From Eledone cirrhosa (Eukaryota): DNA of 64,000 bases. Where the stretch lies: the NCBI GenBank assembly GCA_964016885.1, contig OZ024742.1, forward strand, positions 355,756,001 through 355,820,000, in the 5' to 3' direction. How positions within the stretch are numbered: position 1 is the stretch's first letter; each line of letters begins with the position of its first letter. A program made the translations under genes and the position numbers. Positions 29,610 to 43,557 of this stretch are shown here, piece after piece. Under the pieces are notes generated by a model, which ran no database searches, had not been told where the DNA came from, and saw nothing but the letters and a program-made list of their open reading frames with translations.

Positions 29610-30005
29610 TACGTATGGATTCACCGAACATTTATTATAATGTTCGGTGTGTTTGTGAACAAACATCCCAAATTAAGCCGTACAGTGTCTAGCAACCATC
29701 GTTACTCATTTGTTGAACACTGACAAAGGAACGCTATACTAGTTTCAAGCGTATTAGCTATCATCTGCAACGTATACCTTCCTGCCAGATGATTGAACGT
29801 CTGAAAGTATATACTTTCCTTATGCATATTAACGGCTAAGCAGCCTAATTTGCATATCGTGTGAGTTAATCGGCCGGGGTACCGAAATCGATAAACGGAA
29901 AAAATGAAACGAAATTTCATTTCTCACTCTTAGTACGGCTGTTACTTAAATATAAATATGTATACATACATACATATATGTATACAGGCGTACAGTAGTA
30001 TGTAT
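29610..30005 (+). mobile_element. Degenerate PLE terminal remnant
   Basis: CGT-CTGAAAG...GAAA-TCGA-TA-AACG (~29797-29897) resembles a decayed hammerhead; ~45-bp direct repeat at ~29517 and ~29965. Confidence 0.35.
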
Positions 30006-30011
30006 ATATAT

Positions 30012-33000
30012 TATTTTTTCCAAGCACTCAAGGTAGGCCTATGCGCCAGGAGGCCGATCCCGCCGCCAGGAAAATCAACCCAAGAATCCGACAGAAGATT
30101 GGAGCGTTAAATTATTGTTTAGATATATAGGATGAAGTTGAAAAAATTCAGAATAACATTATAAAATTAAAGAGTAAGAAGATTGAGAATTGAACAATTA
30201 TAAAATTGAAAATTAAACATTTTAAAACTTCTTTAAGGTTTTGGGTTGCGAGGTTTATTTAAAGAGAGAATATTTTATGAAGAAACTTTAATGGTATTAT
30301 ATAGATCCTCTATAAGTTATCCTAGTGGGATGTAGAGTAAGGGATATAATCGGGTAATATTTATTTTTGTTCTCAGGGAGAGACATTCTAGCGTCGTGTG
30401 CTAATGGGTACAAGTGAGTAAAAGCCCCAATAAGAGGAGTAGAAATACATGGACACATAGAAGTAGAATACGTGGAAAAGCACATTAATAAAGCAAAGGT
30501 AGAAATATATAAATAAACAAACAAGAGTGGTGGTGGAGTAAGATGGAGAAATCAAGACATAGGAGAAATACAATATAGTTCAGGTTGCAGTATTTTTGTT
30601 CCCAGAGGGAGACATTCAGGTGTCATGTGCTAATGGGTACACGCGAGTAAAAGTCCGAATAAGAGGAGTAAAAAGTACATAGATGTATAGAAGTAGAATA
30701 CGTGGAAAAAGCACATTAATACAGCAAAGGTAGAAAGATATAAATAAACAAACAAGAGTGGTGGTGGAGTAAATGGAGAGATCAAAACACAGGGGAAATA
30801 CAATATAGTTCAAGTTGCAGTCAAACAATGCATATAGATGTGGATATGGAATCAGCGTGTGTTCGAGTCCGAGAATTCAGTGTGAGTTACACAGGTCCTG
30901 AAGTATAGGGTAGAGAATTTAGCCAATACAGTAGAGTACAATACAGGTTATGGTATAATCCGTAGAATTTCGTCAAAGTCTGAACATTCGGAGAGGGAAG
31001 TTACATTGGGCCAGGTGGGCGGTAAGGAAAGCACCGAGTAGCCAAAATCCGAATGGTGGTTAGATATATTCAGTCCCATGCCGCTGTTCATTATTACATT
31101 TGGAAGTGCTGAACATTTCAGGAGAATTATTTATCCAGGTTTGTGTTTCACCACTGGATAGAGCTGGTCAATTCCGTATGGTCAATCTTAATGTAATAAT
31201 ATGGAGAGTACTCAACGTAAAGCAGTTCAACCATCTTCGTTTTTGTAGTTGGTGGTGCTAGTACGGAGTTAAATATCATAATGAAATAACAGGAGGCTGG
31301 ACTTTTGTAAATCCTTAAAAGGTTAATTATACTATGATTATTTCAATGACCGGGTTCCGTATGAATCCGGTGATATCATCAGGTATTCGAAATATAATAA
31401 ATGAATGTAATAGATAAAATCCATGGGGCTGGAAATCAAGGACCAGAGGACGACCGCCATCCAGCATCTTCCACCTTTGCCGGTCGCCCTCAAGTGCGGG
31501 GACTAAAGCTTATAATGTGCTACTACCGGTCAAATAGAGGAAAACAGAAAGGGAGAAGGAGATAAGTCAGCGTTAATATCATTCGACAAGAAAAAAGACA
31601 GAAAGAAGGGGGAAGAGAAGGAAGAAAAGGAAGAAGAAGAAAAGTCAGGCTTAATGTCGAGCCACAAGAAGAAAGACAGAAAGAAAGAGGAAGAAAGGTC
31701 GGTACTAATGTCAGACTACAGTCAGGCCAGGAATGGCGCGAAATAAATTTATTCTAAGGGACCCGTATCTTAACAGAGGTAAATATAGTGGGGGTTTGCA
31801 TGTTATAATGTGTGAGCAGAAAATTGGAACGTTACATTTTGTTAGATTTATAGGATGAAGTTAAAAAATTAATATTTAATATTAACATTATAACATTAAA
31901 GAAATTAGAAAATTGAAAGTTAAACAGTTTAACATTTTTAAGGTTTTGGTTGCGAGGTTTAAGCAAAGAAAGAGTCTTTTATGAAGAAACTTAAATTGTA
32001 TTATAGAGTAAAGATTATGTCTTTGTTTAGCAGTCAAACAGCATGCGGCGACTACAGGCTTACGCAGCCCATCCACTCCGAGTGATATCGCCTAGCGAAA
32101 GATATGGAAATCAATGTTTCCGAGCACTCTAGGAATGTATAACAGGCTTCAGGTGCGCCAGCGAAAAGTCATCCCTCATCGTTAGGCCATCCTTGTACAA
32201 AACCAGTACTAGTAATTTACCCAGGAGGGGGATTTGCTTAAGTAGAGGGAGGCATGATACATCTACGCTCCGAGTAGTTAAATTTCCCGAAAGAAGGGGA
32301 AATTTATTTTTCCAAGCACTCAAGGTAGGCCTATTCCCGAGGAGGCCGGTCCCCCCGCCAGGAAAACCAACCCAACAATCCGACAGAAAATTGGAGCGTT
32401 AAATTATTGTTTAGATTTATAGGATGAAGTTGAAATAATTCAGAATAACATTATAAAATTAAAGAGTAAGAAGATTGAGAATTGAACAAATAGAAAATTG
32501 AAAATTAAACATTTTAAAACTTCTTTAAGGTTTTGGGTTGCGAGGTTTAGTTAAAGAGAGAGTATTTTATGAAGAAACTTTAATGGTATTATATAGATCC
32601 TCTATAAGTTATCCTAGTGGGATGTAGAGTAAGGGATATAATCGGGTAATATTTATTTTTGTTCTCAGGGAGAGACATTCTAGTGTCGTGTGCTGATGGG
32701 TACAAGTGAGTAAATGCCACAATAAGAGGAGTAGAAATACATGGACACATAGAAGTAGAATACGTGGAGAAGCACATTAATAAAGCAAAGGTAGAAATAT
32801 ATAAATAAACAAACAAGAGTGGTGGTGGAGTAAGATGGAGAAATCAAGACATAGGAGAAATACAATATAGTTCAGGTTGCAGTATTTTTGTTCCCAGAGG
32901 GAGACATTCAGGTGTTATGTGCTAATGGGTACACGCGAGTAAAAGTCCGAATAAGAGGAGTAAAAAGTACATAGATGTATAGAAGTAGAATACGTGGAAA

Positions 33001-33358
33001 AAGCACATTAATACAGCAAAGGTAGAAAGATATTAATAAACAAACAAGAGTGGTGGTGGAGTAAATGGAGAGATCAAAACACAGGGGAAATACAATATAG
33101 TTCAAGTTGCAGTCAAACAATGCATATAGATGTGGATATGGAATCAGTGTGTGTTCGAGTCCGAGAATTCAGTGTGAGTTACACAGGCCCTGAAGTATAG
33201 GGTAGAGAATTTAGCCAATACAGTAGAGTACAATACAGGTTATGGTATAATCCGTAGAATTTCGTCGAAGTCTGAATATTCGGAGAGGGAAGTTACGTTG
33301 GGCCAGGTGGTCGGTAGGGAAAGCACCGAGTCGCCAAAATCCGTATGGTGGTTAGATA
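30012..33358 (-). mobile_element. Non-autonomous PLE/retrozyme-like element, ~2290-bp unit, ~1.5 tandem copies
   Basis: 30012-31068 is repeated at 32304-33358; each copy has an internal ~230-bp tandem duplication; hammerhead 31329-31386; bulged hairpins 31210-31269 and 32126-32275; no RT ORF. Confidence 0.75.
31329..31386 (-). ncRNA. Type I hammerhead ribozyme
   Basis: ATAC-CTGATGA-TATC-ACCGG...CCGGT-CATT-GAAA-TAATCA-TA-GTAT. Confidence 0.78.
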
Positions 33359-33362
33359 TATG

Positions 33363-33405
<43 letters not shown>

Positions 33406-33690
33406 GATATTAACAAATGGAAACTATATTTATAAAACCATATTTATTTCATTATACATATTTCAAGGACACCAGGTTAAATTATGGTGTGCTTTCATCA
33501 GATAAAATATAATATAGATCAGTTTTATAAATAAATATTGACATACCCTTAAAGAATGCAACCATTACTGTTGGAAGCTTCTGGATAAATATATATATAT
33601 ATTTATAAATATATATATACATATAATATAAATATATATATATATTTATAAATATATATATATATTTAATATATTTATTATATTTACTAT

Positions 33691-33757
<67 letters not shown>

Positions 33758-33835
33758 TATAAATATATATATATATATATATGTATAAACATATATATAT
33801 ATATATATATGTATAAATATATATATATATATATG

Positions 33836-33969
<134 letters not shown>

Positions 33970-34018
33970 GAAAGAAGGTTTACATGGTTTGCTATACAAA
34001 AAAGTGTTTAATCACATA

Positions 34019-34124
34019 GCTTACATTTGTTTCACTGAACTGGTATGTCTAGAGATCGCTATCCGCTTAATTTTGCGTTACTCGATCGCCAATACAGAAT
34101 TATAACCAGTCAGATCTTCGGAGC
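34019..34124 (-). ncRNA. Hammerhead ribozyme (CCGAAGA, long stem II)
   Basis: Reverse complement of 37056-37161. Confidence 0.7.
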
Positions 34125-37055
34125 ATGCGAGAATGAAGAAAATACACAGGCAAGAAAAGAAAAGAAAATACAGGCTACTATATGAAGTAGAAATGGCATT
34201 CAATTAGAACAATAACAACAATTACAACAATGCTATCAATAAACTATTTAAGGAGACCCTGACATTACTTAGATGGGGGGTATATAATGTATCTAATGTT
34301 ACGGCGTGAAAACTAGCTGTCATAAGGCAAAATGAAGCGTTGACATGTACAGAGTATCGTAGTGTATATCAATTTTAAATTATAAAGATAAGCTAGTTTT
34401 TACAGTCTTTCTCTTCATCTTCAACAGTATACATGAGTGGGACCACTGTCAAAGCTAAATAGTTGTAGAGTTAATACAGAGGTTCACGAATTAATATACG
34501 CATATATTTACGCACACACACACACAGATACACATACACACACACATATATATAAATATATATACACATATATACACATGCATGTGTACATAGACACATA
34601 CATACACATCAATATACACTCGTACAAAAATATACATACATGCAAAGAGAAAAGCGTGCTAATTGTAATTATGGCAAAAAGAAGGTAAAGTAACATTGTA
34701 GTAGTGAAATGAGAAAAACTAGGATTTAGGATCAAATGATGGCAGCAGCTGAGAAGGAGTAAGATTGTCGGTAGATGAGGTACTTACAGACAATTGTGTG
34801 GTATAGACTTGTGAAGGATATAGTATACTTAATGAATATATTTCTGTGGGTAGTAGGTATCCTAATTTAAAGCTATGTTATGTTGGTTCGATTCACGGAG
34901 GTTTGAATCTTATGAATTTAGTGGCTATTCTATGTCTGCAGAAGATAGATCTTTCTAACTTATTATTAAGTAGCCTTTTAACATTTCTAAGGATATACAA
35001 TAGCTCAAGATCACACAGCCCGCACTAGGACTTCCCTGTACTATAGGTTTTAGCAGCCGACAACTTCGACCAGTTGATACTGTAGTTAGTGTTGCTGTCC
35101 TTCAATTCCCATATTTTTCTGGCGAGGGTGGTGGAACCCATAAGTGCACGGTTTTTCATTGAGTTCCTGTGCACATACCATCTTTTCTTAAAAGAACCCG
35201 CGGTGGATCCTATGTAATTCCAGGTGGAGTTACCCGAGATGACAGTGCACATGTACACCAGGCTCGAATCGAGACATCTGTTCGCCAATGGGCACCTATC
35301 TGGGAGGTTACAGTTACAGTTTGAGGCGCTATTTTGTGCAGCTTTTACATTCCTGTTTAGTACTCTGTTATAAGTGGGTTGTGATATATGCCCAATGGGG
35401 TTTTGCTGCTGCGCGTTTGTATGCGCTTGTGGTTGTGATGTTGTTATGAGTTTGTGCTTATGTATAGGTGCAATTGATTTACTAGAGATATTTCCGTATG
35501 TAGGTTGTGTGCTATGAATAGCCCCACGATATCTGTAATTTGCGCAGAATCATTTGATCCCATTGTTATATCGAAGCTATTTATTCTCTCCTTTCTTACC
35601 CAGTAGTTATTTTCAAATTTGATGATAGTCCTTCTAGCCGCTATTATTATTTCAATTTCATCATGGGTAAGATCAGAGTTATTTTGGGCAAATATAAGCG
35701 CCTTATCTAGGGTAGCTGGGGATATGGATGCATAATAGTCGTCTATATCAAATTGTATGAAGTTACACGTCTCCCTATAATGTATTTTATCGTACCATTT
35801 AATTGCCTCGTTAGTGTTGCCCCATAAATTGATTTCTAGTTTACCCTTTATTTGTGCGATTACCCTATCTAGAATGTTTTTGCTAATTTTACGTCTGACT
35901 TGGATGGGCATATTAATCTAATGGTGGGATTAGTTTCAAAGTTATTTTTGTGATCTTTCAGGTTAAATGTAGGGTTGCACGGGGTAAGCGGTTCGGCCCT
36001 ATCTGAAATTCCGAGTTTATTAACTATCTTGAGGCCCTCCATGTTAATGCTTGTGAGTAAAGATTCATTTGTTTTTTTTATATTTTGTATGTAGTTCACG
36101 CTGAATAAAGTTATTGTATGTGTTAATGTCCATAGAGTATACGTTTGATGTTTTGTCTGCTTTTACTATGATACCGTTAGTGTCTTTTAGTTTTTTAAGT
36201 AATATATTTAAGTCATTTTGCAATTTGTTGTGATTTGTTCTTTTTTTTAATTTAGTTTCACTTATCATGCTCATAAGGTCCAGCTCGAAGGCGTCGAGTG
36301 CGGGGTTGTTTGGCGGGTTTTTGCAGGATTTAAACCCGTAATTCTCCTTGGAAAATTCCCTTACGTTGGTATTCGGTCCCTTATCGAAATGGTAAGCTTT
36401 CCATCGGACCCTGCGAATGAAATCATTAGTCCGTCGTATCATGCCCAGTGTATAGTCCTTTTTTGTAGGTGCAGGTATGTTTTTTAGTGACATACCTATA
36501 CAGTGTTTCTCCATGTTGTTGCCGTGCGTTAATGGTGTTGCTCGACCAGGTGGGAGCTAAATATACGGATTAACAAATAATGGTTAAATGCAGTACATTA
36601 GGTCCATTAGGACCGAATACCAACGGAAGGGAATTTTCCAAGGAGAATTACGGGTTTAAATCCTGCAAAAAAATATATGCGTATATTAATTCGTTAACCT
36701 CTGTATTAACTCTACAACTATTTAGCTTTGACAGTGGTCCCACTCATGTATACTGTTGAAGATGAAGAGAAAGACTGTAAAAACTAGCTTATCTTTATAA
36801 TTTAAAATTGATATACACTACGATACTCTGTACATGTCAACGCTTCATTTTGCCTTATGACAGCTAGTTTTCACGCCGTAACATTAGATACATTATATAC
36901 CCCCCACCTAAGTAATGTCAGGGTCTCCTTAAATAGTTTATTGATAGCATTGTTGTAATTGTTGTTATTGTTCTAATTGAATGCCATTTCTACTTCATAT
37001 AGTAGCCTGTATTTTCTTTTCTTTTCTTGCCTGTGTATTTTCTTCATTCTCGCAT

Positions 37056-37161
37056 GCTCCGAAGATCTGACTGGTTATAATTCTGTATTGGCGATCGAGT
37101 AACGCAAAATTAAGCGGATAGCGATCTCTAGACATACCAGTTCAGTGAAACAAATGTAAGC
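37056..37161 (+). ncRNA. Hammerhead ribozyme (CCGAAGA, ~80-nt stem II)
   Basis: GCT-CCGAAGA-TCTGACTGGT...ACCAGTTCAGT-GAAA-CAAATG-TA-AGC. Confidence 0.7.
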
Positions 37162-37386
37162 TATGTGATTAAAAACTTTTTTGTATAGCAAACCATGTAA
37201 ACCTTCTTTCCTGATTTATTATTACTCCAAGTGTTTACAACATAGGAATTACAGCATACCCGCAGCATCACTATCGAAACGCCTTGTTGAGTCAAACCAA
37301 GCCAAGCGTTAATATCATCCACTACCTGGAATACCATAACTGGACTTCACCTATGTGGACTGCATTTAACTATTATTTGTTAATCC

Positions 37387-37477
<91 letters not shown>

Positions 37478-37479
<2 letters not shown>

Positions 37480-40400
37480 ACTTTGATAACTTTGATAGGT
37501 TTCGGCCAGTATTGGCCCAGGCCATGTCTAACTTAATAGCACCACCTGGCGAAGTCGTTACAAATCAGTGTTTGGGCATCATGGCCCACTCGAGCAGAGA
37601 GTTATTGTTTACGGAGGCATATCTGGGTGTAGGAGGCTTATCCGGGATTTCTTGAACGAATTTATGCAAAGACTTCTTGAACTTGATGGGGTCTCTCTCT
37701 GCTTTGATGTGTTTTGGTGTAATGTTAAAGTGTGCAGGGCGAATTGAGGGGAAATAATTGTGCCGTATTGTTGTTATGTGGTGCGAGTGCGATTTTTGTC
37801 GTGGGCGGATAGCAGGGGGCCCGAACCTTTGGTGTACACGAAAGATGATGCCAACCTCATTTGCGCTAAGCTGATGGAATATTTTCCACATCATACAGAT
37901 AATGTAGCGCTCACGGCGACGTCGAAGAGAATAAAGTTTGAGCTTTCCAGTGGACCCCAATAGTCAAGGCCTGTCATGCCAACTATCTTTTTTGTAATTG
38001 ACCTTTGCGGTGCTTCAACTTTCATGATACTTTGTTTCATGTGGGGTGATCACAGTGAACAACAGTATTCAAGGTGGGTTCGGGCAAATGTGGAGAAGAG
38101 AAGGACAATAGTGTGGATATCTCTCGACTGGAAAGTTCTGAGTATCCAGGAACACATTCTGCGGGCCATATCAACATTGCTGTTTATATGAGTGGCCCAG
38201 CTTATATTGTTGTCCACAATTACTCCCAGGTCTCTGATGTTATTGGAAGCCACAAGAGTTTCACCCGAAGGAAGAGAGTATGGTAGTTTCAGGGCATCCT
38301 TTTTCCAAAGTGGATTAGTTCAAATGTATCCTCATTCAACAGCATATTATTCATCTCTGCCCATTGGATATCAGCCAGTAGGTCTGACTGAAGGCAAGTC
38401 CGGTCACCCACCTCATTGATGACCCTTTGGAGCTTGGAATCATCTGCGAAGATTCTGATGTTACTGTGTTTGATGATGTCAGTAATGTCATTAATGTAGT
38501 TGATGAAAAGAAGTGGGCCCAACACAGTTCCTTGTGGGACGCCACTGTGGACTTTGGCAGGGCTTGATTTTACTCCTTCGACTACAACATGCTGGGTTCT
38601 GCCTGTCAGGAAACATTTGATCCACTGTAGTAACTCTCCAGAGACACCAACATTGGATAGTTTTTTCAGTAGAATCCTATGATCAACCCTGTCGAAGGCC
38701 TTGCTGATATCAAGGTAGATGACAACAGTGTTGGAGCCCTCTCCCAAGGCTCTCAAAACATCGCCAAAGTGATGCAGGAGCTGCGTTAGGCAATTCCTTC
38801 CATTACGGAACCCATGTTGGTTGGAGTTCAGCAGGCCGTTGCTTTCAAGAAAGTGGGTTATTCGTGATCTCACCACACTCTCAAATACCTTGATCATATG
38901 AGAGGTGAGTGAGATCGGACAGTAGTTCACTGCAAGGTTTTTTGTTCCTTTTTGAATACTGCGACAACGGACTGGGACAGAAATTTTTCAGGAATATAGC
39001 CAGTGTCCAGTGAGTACCTCCACAGATTAGCAAGAGGAGTTGCAAGTTGGTGTCGACACACTTTCAGGACACAAGGAGGGAACCTGTCAGGGCCTACTGT
39101 TGAATTGTGTTTAATTTCGTTTATGCCGCTAAGACATCAGGGGCGCCAAACGTTATGTCTGATATAGTGTGTTGGGGGTTAGTATCACTGATACGGCCCA
39201 GATCGGCCATATCAGGGTTGCTGAAAACAGAGCAGTATGTTTTCTGCAGTATCTCGCCCATGATTTTTGCATTGTCCTGGAGTGTGCCATTTTCATCAAC
39301 TAGGGGGCCAACAGTGGAGACGGTGACCTTGTGGTTTTTAGCGAATGAGAAGAACACTTTGGGGTTGAGTTTGATTTTCTCAATGGCCCACCTCTCTTCA
39401 GTTATCTCAGGTTATTGATGATGGTCATCATGCATTGCTGGAGGTTATATTTTTTTTTACTCAAGCAGGGTTATAGCCATTGAATGTGTGTGTTGCTGTT
39501 GGCAGTATTTTAGTGTGTTAATTTTTTTGTTTGTTCTTTTTATTTTTCTGATAATTGTTTTTCTGTTTTGGGGGATACTGCACTTGGTTTTTTTCAGATT
39601 TTGGTGGGGTGTGTTTTGTACATATATTTGCGACAGTGTCTACAAACATCTGCCAAGATGTTTTGATGTTGGTGGAAGTGTGTGCGTGTGTAAAAGACCA
39701 GTCGACATGTGATAGTTCGTTCATAATTGCATCCCAGTTGGCATTGTAAAGATCCATGTTATCAAATGGGCGGGCTGGAGAGAGGACCCTAGGATTAGCT
39801 TTCGGCTGGTGGAATCTCAGGTTACAAAGAACCATGTCATGGTCTGAGAGAAGGGTTTTTTCCACTCTAATATTATGTATAGTGTCTGTGTGGTTACTAA
39901 ACACTAGATCCAGAATGTTCTTCTGGTGCCTCGTTGGTGCAAGCACAAGTTGGGACAAGAAAAACTCATTCATGAAGTCAAGAAGTGACTCGACAGCCTC
40001 TTTGTCAGTGGTTGAGGCTGTGGAGCCTGGTTTCAAACTACATGTAGACCAATCGACACAGGGTAGATTAAAGTCTCCCATCAAAAGTATGTTGCTAGAA
40101 TGGCACTGTTTGATAAAGCATTTAATACTGTTGGGGCATTCTTTGAAATAGATGATGGGTGTTTGTGGCGGCCTATAGAGCCCAACTAATGTCAGGTCAT
40201 TGGCTTTATTGTGCACAGTGACTAATTCACAGTATCCATTACAGAATGTTGTGTTGCCAGCTGCCGTAAAGGAATCATGCAGGAATATAGCAGTTCCACC
40301 CTCCCTTCTGCCAATACGATACGCACGGATGGTTGTGAAATTTCTCACTCTTACTTCGGCCTTCAAGTGGGAGTTGTCAAGGTAGGTCTCAGTAATAATT

Positions 40401-41190
40401 AAGAAGGGGATATGAAATGGATGGTTACCAACCCAATCCTCAGTGAATTGGATCTTCCATTTCTGTGCCTTGATGGTTGGGCTGATACTGATACCTTGTA
40501 TATTGAGTAAGAATGTGGAGGCTTGTGTTGTGGCTGGTTTTGACTGTTGCAGGGGGCTTGTTTTGTGATTGTGCGTTAGTGACTGCATGGTTGGTGTTGG
40601 GTGATGTCTAAAATGTTTTTCTCTAACTCTTTTGCCAGGTTCATGGCTAAAAAAGAAAGATTTTTTTTGTGTTCAGGGAGCAGTTTTTGATTGGATTTAT
40701 GGTTACTACATTGGATAGGGTTGCAGTTCCCTCTTTTGTTGTTTTTGTATTTGTTGTAATTGTGCCTTTGTGAAAACACTGGAGCGGCGTTATTTTTGTT
40801 GTTGTTGTATTTGTTGTTGTTGTGATCGTGTCTTTGTGACAAGACTGGAGCAGCATTCATTTTGTTGTTGTAATCATGTCTTTGTGATGAGACTGGAGCA
40901 GTATTACTGCAGCGGGGGGTGGCTTTATTGTGGTTTGTGGGTTGGCATGAAGCCCCTTTTCTGTTCGTGCGTTGTTTCTCAGGAAGATGAGTGAAGGGAC
41001 AGTTAGTCAGCAGACATAGCCTCTCAGGTTGTGAATGATGGCATATTTTGGGACTGCGACCTATACGTGCAGGCAGCGTGCCTTGGTGATTGCTGGCAGT
41101 GTTAGTGCACCCAGTACCCGGTAAATGGGGATATATACAGTCGCTACGTGTGCATAGCCTCTGATGTAGTGAGTAGCGGCATATTTGGGG
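37478..41190 (-). mobile_element. Decayed CR1-like LINE (ORF1 remnant, APE endonuclease, RT)
   Basis: APE motifs ITET, GGTAI, GLYRPP, MGDFN, LDLVF, SDH (40588-39518). RT motifs PISLTS, QHGFR, YLDISKAFDRVDH, SGVPQGTVLGPLLF, FADD (38930-38289), RDLGV, LRRRRER. 3' tail (ATCAAAGTT)2 abuts (TA)n. Confidence 0.92.
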
Positions 41191-41264
41191 GTTTCTTTTT
41201 TTTTTTTTTTTTAATTATTATTATCCTTGTGTGCGTTTTAAGGTATTTGTTATTTGATACGTGA

Positions 41265-41880
41265 GTGAGACTTTGGTTATTTGAAGAAATTAAAGAATCG
41301 CGTATATATATATATATATATTCTCTTTTATGGATGTGAGTTTGGTTGTTTGAGGATGTTAATAGTTTTTGGTTATTTGAAGATATCCAAGGAAAAACGA
41401 GTGTATATAATATTATCTGAAAAAACGGGTGTATATAATATTATTTGATGAAATTAAAGAATCGTGTATATATATATATTCTCTCTTATGGATGTGAATT
41501 TGGTTGTTTGAGGATGTTAATAGTTTTTGGTCATTTGGTTGTTTGAAAATATCCAAGGAAAAACGAGAGTATATAATAGTTTGTAGTTAAGAAGACTTAC
41601 TTGCGAGTTTGTAGGGAAAGCGCCTGTATTTGTATATACTTTTTTTTTCCTTATGTGAGTGAGCCTTTGGTTATTTGAACATATTAAGATAGCGTATATA
41701 TAGATGTATATTCTCTTTTATGGATGAGATTTGGTTATTTGGTTGTTTAAGTCTGTTAACAATTTTTGGTTATTTGGTTTTGAAGAAATTAAGAGAAAAA
41801 CGAGTGTATATAATAATCTGTAGTTATGAAAACGTACTTACGAGTTGGTAGGAAAAGTACCTGGTTACAAGTATATATAC
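41265..41880. repeat. Degenerate AT-rich tandem repeats, possibly the LINE 5' region
   Basis: atattctcttttatggatg...tttggtt.tttga recurs at ~41320, ~41478 and ~41709. Confidence 0.55.
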
Positions 41881-41983
41881 ACAAATATATGTTCGATCAA
41901 ATAGGCTTTAAAGATGGGTAGCTGGCTACTGACTTGGTAGAGAGCAATATAAACACGTATGTTCACATCAACAAATATATATA

Positions 41984-42177
41984 TATAGGGACGAGTAGGA
42001 CACCAACGGCTTTGCTCAAGCCGTTTCGACGGCTAATTCTGGACTAGAATTACCCGTCGAAACGGCTTGAGCTCAGCCGTCGGGGTCCTACTCGTTCCTA
42101 TTACCCACTCTACTACCCTAGGTATTTAGCACTTTGGTGCGTTATGGTCGATCTGGTTCCTTACCACATTTCCTTCG

Positions 42178-42180
<3 letters not shown>
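41984..42180 (+). mobile_element. Short fold-back PLE insertion, related to the 14912 element
   Basis: Palindrome centred ~42043 (AATTCTGGACTAGAATT); GAAA-CGGCTTGAGCTCAGCCG-TC-GGGG; tail homologous to 15030-15110. Confidence 0.8.
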
Positions 42181-42217
<37 letters not shown>

Positions 42218-42221
<4 letters not shown>

Positions 42222-42690
42222 CGTTTCTGAATTTGTTTAGCAAGATTCTTTATCTGAAATCGTGTGTTGAAACCGATATTGTTATACTTTGGGAGGGTCA
42301 TGTTGCCAATAAGAAACACACGCACCAGTTGCTTTCACTTCAATTTATTATATATTTATAAATTTATAAATTTACAAATCTACAAACTTATAAATTTCTG
42401 GTTGGCTGGTTGGTTCCACAACCAGATAGTTGTTTATATATAGTCATAGTCCTTTCGTCACACACTCTGTGACCTCTTCAGTGACTGGGGATTCCTTTCT
42501 TTGTTTCTGTGCCTTTCCTTTCTTCTGTCCTACGCCATTTTGTTTCTGTGTGTGTGTTGTGTGCTCAGAAATGTATAAGTTAGTAGATTTGTAAATTTAT
42601 AAATTTATAAATATATAATAAATTGAAGTGAAAGCAACTGGTGCGTGTGTTTCTTATTGGCAACATGACCCTCCCAAAGTATAACAATAT
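42218..42690 (-). mobile_element. Short fold-back copy of the 19771-24570 PLE family
   Basis: Same terminus tttcgtttctgaatttgtttagcaag; inverted arm ends ccaaagtataacaa(ta)n. Confidence 0.88.
42442..42486 (-). ncRNA. Minimal type I hammerhead ribozyme
   Basis: AGTCA-CTGAAGA-G-GTCACA.TGTGAC-GAAA-GGAC-TA-TGACT. Confidence 0.82.
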
Positions 42691-42773
42691 ATATATATAT
42701 ATATATATATATGAAACATGTAAAATAAGAAAATTTTAAAAATTAAAAATCAACTTACTTACTAAAATGTTAG

Positions 42774-42855
42774 ACTCCCTGATGACGTAAGGAATTCTCT
42801 ATAGTTATATTACGTAGCAATATTTATCCCCTTACAGAAACTAATTAGTTGGAGT
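42774..42855 (+). ncRNA. Type I hammerhead ribozyme
   Basis: ACTCC-CTGATGA-CGTAAGG...CCTTACA-GAAA-CTAATTAG-TT-GGAGT. Confidence 0.82.
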
Positions 42856-43308
42856 GAAACTTTTAGTAACTAAGTTGATTTTTAATTTTTTAAATTCTTT
42901 TATTCTACGTCTTTCATATAGTTGTTCTGCATCCCCCTGCATAGAACCACAAAGGTACTAAGACATAACATATATATTTGCTAACATGGGTGTACATCTG
43001 TACACATATGTTGGTAGATGTACTAATTCTCTATATTTATCTCCAAATTATTTGTTGAGCAAAACTTGCCAAAATTTACTGCTGATTCATGGTAGTAGTA
43101 GGCTCTTGTCATAATACCACCCCGCTCCTAACTGATTAACCTCAGTGTCACGTGACTGATTCTTTAGAATCTGCCACTGACCAGAGGCAGTGAATTTTTT
43201 CAGTGCTCTGGAATTTAGTCCTCGCTAGCTTTATTCCATCCACTGAATTATTATTTTTATATGGGTTCCTAGTGTCCGCGCATTGCCTGGGAACTTAGCT
43301 GAGAATAG

Positions 43309-43390
43309 ACTCCCTGATGACGTAAGGAATTCTCTATAGTTATATTACGTAACTATATTTATCCCCATAGAGAAACTAATTAGTTGGAGT
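43309..43390 (+). ncRNA. Type I hammerhead ribozyme (second unit)
   Basis: Same core, stem I and stem III; stem II partly mutated. Confidence 0.75.
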
Positions 43391-43557
43391 GAAAATTTTA
43401 GTAAGTTGACTTTTAATTTTAAAAATTTTCTTATTTTACGTCTTTCATATAATTGTTCTGCATCCCCCTGCATAGAACCACAAAGGTACTAAGACATAAC
43501 ATATATATTTGCTAGCATGGGTGTACATCTGTACACATATGTTGGTAATGTACTAAT

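Noticed and set aside
32321-32365. Decayed hammerhead with apparent A-to-G changes (CTGGCGG, GGAA), suggesting retrotransposed ADAR-edited RNA
   Set aside because: Stem I is not evident and no consensus is available for polarising changes; too weak.
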